Source: Vermamoeba vermiformis (Eukaryota). From it: a DNA stretch of 64,000 nucleotides. The notes below the pieces were generated by a model. That model was not told the origin of the DNA. It saw only the letters and a list, made by a program, of their open reading frames with translations, and made no database searches. The DNA lies in NCBI GenBank assembly GCA_045837725.1, contig JBEWZL010000219.1:62001-126000 (forward strand), written 5' to 3'. The first letter of the stretch is position 1. Each line of letters opens with the position of its first letter. The position numbers and the translations under genes were made by a program. This document shows, in pieces, positions 49,027 to 59,727 of this stretch.

Positions 49027-51214
49027 TTACACAGTGAGGTCTTTGAGTTCAAGGTCACCTTTCAAGGAGCTCTGCGGGCTTGGATTCGTCGAGTTAGAAG
49101 GAGATTCCACCGCAGACAAGTCAATGATCGTGTGATTGTTGTTAGCAGGTATCAGATTAGTCATGCGTTCATATTGCTCTTGAGTGATATCGCGCAGATC
49201 AGATTCTTTTTGTTGCGTTTGGAAATTGAAGAAAACCGGATCTATTTCATAAATTTATCAGAATGTCATTCTTGCAATAAGATCTTTCATAGATTCGCAA
49301 GGGTTCAAATGAGGAAGCGGAATTTAAATTCTTCAACAAATGTCAAAAGTTATAACCTCGTACAAATTATTTACGAGAGAATTCAATCTCAGGACAATTC
49401 AATTTACATTGCTGGATTATAATTAGCTATCCATCAATCACATAAACTTTCGTATATTAAATTGTGTCAACTATTATTGCGTGGTATATAATGCAATGTC
49501 CCGCGTAATCAGGCCTAGTAGTTCAATAAAAGCTCTTACCTTTCTTTTGATGATTAGGATGTGTCTCGTAGTCTTCAGGTTCTCTCAATATTGTGTGCGT
49601 GCCAAATTTCTTCTTTGTAATGTTTCGGCCCTTCAATAGTTTCTGAATGTAAATTGAATTGTTAGATCAGTTCTGCACGCTTTAAATAGCTCCATTCAAT
49701 TCAGTGTGAGAGCTGACGTACCTCCAAATCTTTGTCTAATTGCTCATGGCGTTGTTGACGAATCTCTTCAGGAATCACTTCTAACCGCATAATCTTGCCG
49801 TCGCGCATCCAAATGACTCGATCCGCGAAGTTTTTCAAGCCAACATCGTGCGTGACCATCACCAGTGTGATATCTGTATCATATTGTGAGTATTTATTCT
49901 TAAAAGCTTGGTATGAACTTACTATCTTTCTGGTTAAGATCTGTAAGCAACTTCATGACGATTGCCGAGTTCTTTGTGTCTAAATCACCGCTACATAAAG
50001 TATAGTTAGATTTCCGTATATCTGATTAATTATATGAAACTGCGTAATGAAAATTGACGAGATATTTACGGTCGATAAATTAATTGCAGTTGCAAGAATA
50101 AAATCTGTGCGAATCAACACACTCGCGCGACCAATAAATTGCAACATTATGACATTAACCGTAAATCACGGCTGCTGTACTTACGTCGGCTCATCGAGCA
50201 ATAACAACTTGGGTCGATTAGCCATGGCACGTGCAATGGTGACACGCTGTTGCTCACCACCAGACAACATGGACGGCAAGTGATCCAAGCGCTGACCCAT
50301 GCCTACTCGCTCTAACAGCTCTGTGCCACGCGAGGAGTTAGTATTCGTGAATTAGTACGGACCTTTCGATGTTCATACCGATGGCACGCTGACGTCGTTC
50401 TTTGGCCGACAATTGTCCCGCTAAGATCATTGGCATTTCAACGTTCTCGAGTGCAGTGAGTGAGGACAGCAAGTTGAATGTTTGGAACACAAAGCCACTG
50501 AGAGGAGTGTTAGTGGTGTTAGAATGAGAGGTGCGCAACTGACCGCGACACTTACATTTCGTGCAGTCTCAAGTACGACAACACTTTGTCCGTTGTGTTT
50601 GAATTGATGCCTAATGCAGTGTCACTGATATGTACTCGCAGTATTACGCAATATTAGCTCGCTTACGTGTGCCTGAAAGCTTCATTTCACCCTTGGTGGG
50701 CTTGTCAATTGTACCAATGATATTCAACAAGGTAGTCTTGCCACCACCCGACAGGCCATACACCACAATGAACTCGCCGCGCTTGATGCCCAGTGAGACA
50801 CCTCTGCGTGACTGTTAGTCAGTGTGGGACATTAAGACGAGGGCGGTTCAACTTACCGAAGAGCCGGAACACCTTCAATGCCTAATAAATAGGTCTTGTG
50901 AATATTGTCCATTTTAATAATTAAGTCATCTTCTTCTTCATCTAACGAGGCCTATAATGAAAATTGTTATTGATTTTAACCTGGATCGTGTCAGCGAAAT
51001 TAGTATTTATATTTATAAAATATTGTCATGAATATTCATGCAATAACTATGCCCGCATTATAACTTGTAACTGTAATTTTTCAAATTATGGAAAAACGAA
51101 AAGTTCGAGTTTTTTTAGCAAGCTTACTCTAACATCGCCGTTGGAATAAAAGTCGCTCTTGGCTTCAATAATTATTGAATGCGCGGCCGGGTGTGCGTTC
51201 GTGTTAGCTTCCAT
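49027..51214 (-). CDS. Stand-alone ABC ATPase, MacB/LolD/FtsE-like (AbcH class); multi-exon
   Basis: [19 protein letters not shown], Walker [46 protein letters not shown]; no transmembrane domain. Confidence 0.92.
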
Positions 51215-51576
51215 GATAGTGCTTTGATGAGTGCGGAACGGACTAATAAATAGCTTCGTTGTATAGCTCTTAAGTATGACTCATACAAAAAAAGATACAA
51301 AGTACCAAATTATCAGACCTTTTATATGGTGTACGAGACCAGGTCCAGAACAAAAAAGTTCAAAGGGAAAAATTCAATTTAACTCTCATTCGCAGCTTAA
51401 ATAGCAATAAACAATCACTAGTGGTTCCTTATTTGCATTTGATATACCTATTACCTCCGATCACACCACCAGCAAGAAGAAAAAGAAATTTGGAGTGTTT
51501 ACTTGGGGCGAACTCAGATTAACGAAACCAAGCTTGCAACACCAACTAAAATTCGTAAAATATTTTTATAATATTA

Positions 51577-52355
51577 ATGGCCGATAACTTGTTATTTTCT
51601 GCGTCATTACTGACTCCTTTGTCCGCCCTGCCAAGTGGCTTTAATATTCGACCTCTTAGTATTGATGATTTCAATAAGGGTACGTCATAATATTATTTTA
51701 AAATTATTATTACACTAAAATTACCTGCAGCAAACCGTTAGAAAGGTTTTTCTGTTGATTCAATTTCGCGCTGGATTAAATTTGACGTCGTAATTAATTG
51801 TATCGTCTCTAGACTTCCTTAAAGTCCTTGAAGAACTTACAGTGGTTGGAAATGTAACGCAACATGAATTCGAAACGAGGTTCAGAGAGATGCAGCGTCA
51901 AGGTGTCCAGTACATGATCGTAATTGAAGATACCACAGCGAATAAAATTGCAGCAGTTGGTTCAATATTAATAGAAAAGAAGTTTACACATCATATCTCC
52001 CACGTAAGTATTACGCATTGGTAATTGGTTGCCCACTCTGGCAAGCGAGAATGTTTCTGACAACTAACTTTGCATTTACAGTGCGGACATATAGAGGATA
52101 TAGTTGTCTATAGTAAATATCGTGGCCAAAATCTGGGACGATTGTAAGCAGAAAAGCGGCAGCCTCCGATCGGATCTAACGGTAGCTTTTTTTGAATCCA
52201 GAATCATGGAAGAGCTCAAGTGCCTTGGAGAAAAGTTGGGTTGTTACAAATTAATACTTGACTGTTCCCAAGAGAAGGTGGAATTTTACCAGCGCTGTGG
52301 ATTTGTGCCCAAGGAGCGACAGATGGCCTTGTATTTAGAAAAGCCAAAGTTGTAA
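51577..52355 (+). CDS. GNA1: Glucosamine-6-phosphate N-acetyltransferase; 4 exons
   Basis: IRPLSIDDFNK, LEELTVVG, IEKKFTH, GHIEDIVV, YRGQNLG, GCYKLILDC, FYQRCGF. Confidence 0.93.
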
Positions 52356-52604
52356 ATAATGAAAGAATAACATAATATCGACGATTAATGAAAGGAAGTA
52401 TTCTCGCTCAAAACTGAACACGTAAAACATTTGGTGAACCACGAATACCAAAACGCCACAAATATTCCGTTTAAAGTGGTTCGCTTAGCACGCGTATTGA
52501 AACCGCCTGATAATCAGACTCTGTTTTGTGAAATCGATAATGATTCTTCACGGAATCTCCTGCGTATTTTTAGTTTTTTTTTTAAATACCATTGCCAAGG
52601 TTCA

Positions 52605-52674
52605 TGATTGGTCAGCCGTGGTGGGTAGAGAAATCTCAAACCATACAGCGACCTGATTGGTCAGTCATTTTGAA
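52605..52674 (+). promoter_or_regulatory. Two identical inverted CCAAT boxes followed by a CHR-like TTTGAA
   Basis: TGATTGGTCAG at 52605 and 52654 (49 bp apart); TTTGAA at 52669-52674. Confidence 0.5.
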
Positions 52675-53312
52675 ATTTCAGCCGTAAATTGACTTTCATT
52701 GACCGTTTTTTTTTCGTCTCGTGGGTCCGAAAAAAACGGACTTTTATTATTGTTTATCTGTTCGAAAGTTGGATCAACCACCATTACCACCCTGTATCAT
52801 ATTTCTTTTCCTTGTATTTATTTTTTTGGTCTTGGTGTTTTTTGTAACCAGCAAGCAAGATTTAAAATGTACGCACAGTAACTCCAACATCAATGCCCCT
52901 ATCAGCGGGTTGATATACATTATTAGGAGGACCACCTAAATTATCGAGCTTATAATATTATTAGCCAATACAATAGAGCTGTCAATTTAATCACCAATAT
53001 TCCGTTACACGGAGATGTGATTACTGACGGCATTGCATTAATAGCCACATATATAATAGACCGACACTTAAGGGTTATTTCATACTTTTATAAGAACAAA
53101 GCATTTACTTTTCTGAAATTTAGTCTTATTCCCAAAAGTGTCGGGCATAGAAATAGTCCCAACTAGTTAATAATACTTAATATCATTACGAACGTATTCA
53201 AATACGAGTTATTCATAATGGCTATTGTATATTTGACGTGGTCCTCCTTCTTTCTCATTTTTGTATTTCAAATAATAATTAGCAATACTAATGTTGCTTA
53301 TTACGTAGAACA

Positions 53313-54449
53313 ATGCTAGAGACTTACAGAAGCTATGTCACAACCCCTACTTTCCCTTCGATCGAGTCTGGTCTCCTAGCGCCATATCCACAAGCTGCGT
53401 TTATTCCCGGCCACAAGAGAAACATCAGTTTTGACTCCAAGAATGACCTTTGTTGTCCACAACCTTGGAGACCCACTTCCCCTACCGCTGCCAGATCGCG
53501 AAAGAGGTGAGTTTACTTTCGGTTTTCCGATGATCATCTTTTTTGATCAGAATATCGTTGCGAATCTTACTACTCCTAGGTTAGCACGGGTTACTCATTA
53601 TCGTTTGTGTTTTTAGTAAGCGTGCAGTGGCTACTATGGAGTTGGAGGCCGAAGCAGGTCAAGAAATCCAGCAAATCCTTTTCAGCAAAACCAAAAGCAA
53701 AAGCTCAGTTCAAGTCAGTTCCGCTGCTGATTTGATCTTAACGACACCCAAACCCTCTTCCACTGGCCCTTATCCCTTTAGACCCACAAAGCACAATTAC
53801 CCGCCACATTCGCCCTTTAACGAAGATGTTGCCAGCGCAGAGACTCAAAATGCTTGCGATGACTTGTCTGGGTAAGTTTCTATTGATAAATTACGAATGA
53901 CACCTTCTAGATCGTGATAAAGCTCAAATTAGCTTCCTAAGAAATCTCCGTCCTTGATAAAATTTATTCCTTCCCCGCTCGCGAGATCCGGAACTTGTTT
54001 GCACATCGATTGCACTACTAACTCTTGTTTACTATAGGTCTGATCACAGTGACCCCATCTCATTGCGCGACAGCTGCGGGTTGCGTTTGGTTCTGACGCA
54101 ATCTGTGTCGCCGGGCCTGCACGAACAATATCTCGGCAATTCTTCCAGTCCCATTCTCCCTGAAGTTGTGACGCCTCCCTTGCGCACTCACAACCCCCTC
54201 ACCCTCAATTCACCCTTCAGCGAACGTAGATTCGGACGTGAAGGAGCTGAGATCGGTTTGTTGTCTGTCTCCCCTCCTCCTGCTGACGATGAATTTTGGG
54301 CTCGACGTCACAAAGTCATGTCGCAACAGGCTGGAGATTTTGAAGAGACACTCAGCGACCGATTTCACCGCTCAGTCCACTTGGAACAGGATGTGATTGG
54401 TTCTGCTGCTCCTGAAGTGCCGTCCCTTGACGGAGACATCTATTATTAA
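53313..54449 (+). CDS. Hypothetical Ser/Pro-rich protein, 3 coding exons
   Basis: Exons join in frame through GT-AG introns; contains TPPLRTHNPLTLNSPF; probable 5' UTR intron ending at 53309. Confidence 0.7.
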
Positions 54450-54896
54450 GGCATACCTTAGTAATAGATCTTCTAACGCACTTCTCTCTTGTGTTATTCA
54501 CGCAAAACCTTCAACCCACATCCATTTCCAACCCTGGTCGATTTTTGCTTAAGCCCCGCTCAGACCCTTCACGCCTCTCATCTACCCTTTGTATATCATC
54601 ACCATCCAACCCCCCTACCAACCCTCTTAAGCTATAATCGACTACCCCATAGCTTTCACATGTTAATAACGAACCCCAAATGATAAGTGTACAAAATAAT
54701 TTATGATTAGATGTTCATATGTAAATAAGTATATTACGAGTGTACAGAAAGAAGTGTAAGATAAAACAGTGTTCAAATCAAACCTTTGAGTAGTTCTCTA
54801 TTTAGTCGGTAATCTAGAGTTCTTGATTTCAATTCACTAAAAATCGAGTAGTTTTGTTCATGATTAATGTTACATTTTATATCGTTCGATTATCTA

Positions 54897-55425
54897 TTAT
54901 ACAATATCGATCTCTTCTTCACGAAGAGACATCGAGCTAAGTCCTTGATTGAGAAAAGCCATGTCTTTCATAAGTTGCTCCTTCTGTGCAAGCTTCGCCT
55001 TCGTGCTTTCAATGTCAGAGAGCAATTTGTTCAGGTTTTGGGCCATATTTGGAGCCAATTTCTTTCTTCGCCAGGACTTGTTCGGATTTGTTCTCTTTTG
55101 GACCTGGCTGCCTTTGGTTTTTTGACGCTTTCCAGATCTGTTTTTCTTTTTATTGTTTCCTAATTCCAATATGTCAGGGACTTGGCTCGTCATGACGAGT
55201 TGCCTAATTGGTGCTTGTCTAATGGAATCTGAACTGGATTTAGATCTTCGCGAGTTCTTTGGAGGACGGTACCATTTTCTGCGACCAGCTGGCATTACAA
55301 TTGTCTTCTTAATACTTACTCTTTTTATTCTTGCTATTCTTGCTATTCTTCTTGTTGCTGTCAGACACTGCACTCTTCTTCTCGCCCGTAGGCAGAATGA
55401 AAACGGGTCGTGATCGCTTAACCAT
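54897..55425 (-). CDS. Hypothetical basic Lys-rich protein
   Basis: ATG 55425 (MVKRSRPVFILPTGEKK) joins ORF 54897-55373 only through a very short 31-nt GTAAGT...CCAG intron; structure uncertain. Confidence 0.5.
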
Positions 55426-55598
55426 TTCTCGTGTGGATAGTGTTGTGCTTGTTATTGTGGTTTGAATGAATAATTTACGCGGTTCGGAAGATAAAACTTG
55501 CCTCGGAAAAGTTCGCAACAAATCTGACAAAATTCTGAGACTTATCCTCGATCTACTGTAAACATCATATAATACATTTTATAAACGTGTAATTGAAT

Positions 55599-56810
55599 CT
55601 AAGGTATTTGCGTAGGGTCCCAACAATAATGAATGTTCGAATCCAATCGATCTAACGCGGCAATATCTTCCTCTTTCAAATAAAAGTCAAATAGCGATGA
55701 ATTCTCAACAATACGCTGCGGCTGAATGGACTTGGGAATGATCGGCAAGTGCTTTTGCAGCGCCCAGCGTAGCAGTACTTGTGCTGGTGTGCGGTTCTGT
55801 TCACGTGCAATGCGCAACACTTCGTCGTTGTCAAGCAGCTAGCAGTCAATAAAATATTAAGATTATAATACACAACACAAAGGAATACGTGTGACGTACC
55901 CTGCCCTGGCCTAACGAGGCATAGGCTTGCAATGTGATGCCGTGCACTTTGCAGAACTCAATCAAGTCGCGCTGTTGCAGCTGCGGATGACACTCGACTT
56001 GATTGACTGCTGGCACCACTTCGCAGTGCTTCAACAGCTGCTTCAAGTGATCGATCGTGTAGTTGCTCACGCCTATCGCTCTGATCTTGCCTTGGGTAGA
56101 ACCATCAGCTAACATATAATGTCGCTATCACCACGCTATGCTACGCACCTTCTTTGTATAGGGACTCTAATGCGCGCCAACTCTCGCGTCGTCTCATTGG
56201 ATTCTGATCTGAGGCCCTGCACCCACTATTTAGCTGACGCACTCGCACTTCACAGCTATTGTTTCACTTACGCGGGCAGTCCTTGAGTGCCGGGCCAGTG
56301 AATCAAATACAAGTCCAAATAGTCCACACCGAGGTCTTGCATGGACTTCAAACACGAGTCACGGGCACTCTGATAGCCTTGATCTGCAGGTCCGAGCTTT
56401 GAAGTGATAAATAACTTGCGCCTATCAATGCCTGAATCACGTATTGCTCGACCAACATCTTTTTCATTGCGGTACACAGCTGCTGTGTCGATCAAGCGAT
56501 AGCCGTGCTGGATGGCGTACAATATTGCTTCGTACACATTGTCCTTCTTGGATTGAAAGGTGCCCACTATAATATTATAGTAATAGTTAGTATAGCTGAG
56601 TGTTGTTTTAATAAAGTAAAAATTTATGAATATCGGGATCAGACTTGGATCGCAGCTAAAATTAACAATAAATAGCGTTCAAACTCAATGGAATATTTAG
56701 AATAAACTAACAGTTACTATATTTTTATAAGAGTGCTTACATCCGAGCATAGGCATTTTAACATTGTTATTCAGTTCGACAATTGAGGACGGTGAGAAGT
56801 CGCCACTCAT
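55599..56810 (-). CDS. Aldo-keto reductase; 4-5 exons
   Basis: LNNNVKMPMLG, GYRLIDTAAVYRNE, LFITSKL, DYLDLYLIHWP, IGVSNY, PAVNQVECHP, AQVLLRWALQ, IIPKS. Confidence 0.95.
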
Positions 56811-56950
56811 TTTGCAATATATTCTCAGTTCTCTATATTATCTTATTACTCATTATAAGTCAAGAGCGCTGTTGGCGTTCGCGAGAGAAAATAATAAATT
56901 TGCTCTCCTTGATTATCTCAATTTTGTATTCACACGCAACAACATCAAAA

Positions 56951-57587
56951 ATGTCGTCGATGATGAATGTATTTAAGGGCTTCTTAAGAGAGCCGAAGAA
57001 ATTGGCTCGGTATGTCATTCATAATTATTATGGATCAGATTTGGTTTGTTTTATCGGCGAGGATTAATTAGCTCTTCATAAAATATGAATAATATGATGA
57101 TAATATTTTAGAGCGAGTTTCAACTATTGGAAATAATATACAACTATTTTTATTAATTATTTTTATTATTTTCGTCCAGCGGCTTTTTGCGAGGTAAAAT
57201 GACACCAAAGATGGGCAACAAAAATTTTTATAAGGGCTATGGCGCTCGATCAGTCGGCAGACACACTCGTAAGGGAGGTTATGTCGTAGATCTCGGCAAA
57301 CTGCCTGCGATTGTTGCTCCAGATTTGACCAACTGCGAGGTAATTAATCTTATTTAACCACAATAATGCATTAACGAGCACGTTAGTTGAAACCATATGT
57401 CGCACACAACACACCCAAGATTAAAGTGCCTCCACCCACACTGCCGCATCTGGATCTGAATCAGAGCGAAGTGCCCGTTGAATGGATTGTCAATAACTAC
57501 CCTAATTACAAAATGAAGGCCGAATTGAAGAGATTAGAGAAGACACAAGCGAAAAACAACACTAACAACAGCAGTCCAAATGCGTAA
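56951..57587 (+). CDS. MRPL41: Mitochondrial ribosomal protein mL41; 3 exons
   Basis: MTPKMGNKNFYKGYGARSVGRHTRKGGY, APDLTNCELKPYVA. Confidence 0.9.
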
Positions 57588-57720
57588 TGCCAGTACATAG
57601 TCCAACAATATAATATATAGAGCGAATAAACCAACCATTCATACACCGCGGTACAAAACAAGTCGCAGGGGTTTAATGGGGATATATAATACAAAATTGA
57701 CAAACAGCTGAGTGCACAGT

Positions 57721-59357
57721 TCAACCACTCTTCTCGACCTGGTCACTCGACTCATTGCTCGGCTCCTCCACATCGCTCATGTCATCGCCGCTCTTGTTCA
57801 TGCTGCTCGCACTCTTCGCCGTCGAGTCGTGGTTGTCCGTGTTGTTCGTGGTCACCACTCCGGGCACTGCACGCACGCGCGGCTGAGGTTTGGGCAGCGG
57901 ATTGTCAAAGTGATCGAACAGCAGCAGCATCACGGTGATGTTGTCCGTGCTGCCCTTGGCGAGAGCTTGTTTGACGAGCTCTTTGGTGATCTCTTCGACG
58001 TCTTCACCGCGCGCCAGCTTCTTGTTGATGAATCGCACTGCTGTTGCCGAGGACACTTTCTCCCACAGTCCATCGCACGCCAGCAGCACGTACCGCACTT
58101 CCGACGTGATGTCAATCTCCTGCACGACACTGTGAGTACACGCTGACTTGTGCGCGCTGCTTGTACTTACGACCATGTCTGGCCTGCAAGTCACCACGCC
58201 GTCACTGAGTCGCTCTTTGTTTTTGAATTTCAAATCACCGAATGCCCGTGTGACGGTTAGCTTGCCTTGCACTCGACCGTGCTTCACAAAGCCCCCTGCC
58301 TCTTCAACTCTGCAAATATACACGGTCAGTATACTAGGTACAGCAGTAAGATCTGCCAGTAGACCTACCTCTTTTTCTCTTCAGGTACGCGGGCAGTGTG
58401 GTCCGTAGTGAGGGTGACTGGATTGCCGTTCTTGCACATGACGCAGCGCGAGTCTCCGAGGTTCGCTATGTACATCTTGTTGTCGCGCAGCAGGGCCGTG
58501 AGCTGCATCGGAAGAGCGGATTAATATCGAGCCCTGCGTGGATTAATAGTGCCACTTACCGCCGTTGAACCGTCAGGAACATCGTACTTGACAGCCCAGC
58601 GCAAGAATTTTCTGTCGGTGCTGATGAATGACTCGTACAGCGCCTGCGTGGTACAACGGATTAATTAACGCGATCGACAGTAAGGGGTGTTAATTACCTT
58701 GCTAGGATCTGAATCGAGTTGTGCATGACCTATAATAGATAAATATACATTAGATTGTGATATGGCTCTTCTAGAGATTCTAAGCCAGCCGACTGAAACT
58801 AAGTACATCCATAAAAGGAAGCAAGAAAATTTTACCGTACGCAGTACTACTAAAATTTTAAGTATAAGGTAAAATACTAGCGCAGGGTATTAATTGGTCC
58901 AAAATTCTCAATAGAATTCGTAAATTCACCAAATGTCATAATTCTGATCTTAAATTTTGTGCACTGCTTTCGAACCTTTTAATGTTTGTGGTAGTACTCT
59001 TGCTACGTAATCTGCGCATTCGGGGCCCTGTAATATTAATATTAGTGATTTTTGCGGTGAAAAACAGTTCAATGGATCCATTGATTGAATTACGAAAGTA
59101 TTATTCCGTTCAATTAGATGTCATTTATCACATACATAGTGTCCATCGAATATGCCAAAGAATGCTTGGTCCCTTCGTTTACCGAATTTTAATTGCATAA
59201 TGTCTGCATCTTCCATCGTTTTACGTTTTCCTGCGGACTGGTTAATACAGCATTCTATAAATTATTATTGGTTAATTCTCGCATTACCTTTCGCGCAGTG
59301 CGAGGAATAGTGTAAAGTATAACCGCTTGCTTGAATGTTAGGGGCTTTGTTACCCAT
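57721..59357 (-). CDS. Protein phosphatase 2C (PPM family); multi-exon
   Basis: RKTMEDA, FFGIFDGH, DGSTA, IANLGDSRCV, LTTDH, LTVTRAFGD, LLACDGLWE, GSTDNITV; MGN start suggests myristoylation. Confidence 0.95.
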
Positions 59358-59727
59358 CTTGCTTAGGATGCACTGTGATGTGTGAGAATAGGGCGGTTCG
59401 CCCAATGAGGTATTGTATGCTGTACAAACTCGTTTTCGACAAGTAAAATAAATTTTTGTTTGTGCTTCGAACAAGCTGGTCAATTAATTAATTCAACTCC
59501 ATTGAAATTCCTTAAAAGGCAACTCTGCCCGAACCAATTAGAGAGTGGCGACAGTCCTCATTGTTGGACATTACTAGTGATATCTAGTACAGTGGTAAAT
59601 ATCGGAATTGCTTGCGACGGAAAAATTGACTCGAGCAAGCGCCGAAAAGACGATCCGCAGTCCACATCGCCGGAACTAGGTTGTGTACACAAGTCTTGCT
59701 TGTATAATAGCTAGTACACAGTAGAAT

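Noticed and set aside
52724-52748. Hairpin GTCCG-A7-CGGAC followed by a T run, like a bacterial intrinsic terminator
   Set aside because: Eukaryotic context, only a 5-bp stem, no upstream gene ending there.
54480-54680. C-rich stretch with AACCC words, possibly telomere-like
   Set aside because: No regular tandem unit; consistent with a pyrimidine/C-rich 3' UTR.
57712-58146. Long antisense ORFs overlapping PP2C (likewise over HSP20, TTC27, the kinase and fimbrin-PH)
   Set aside because: Shadow ORFs caused by codon bias of the real genes on the opposite strand.
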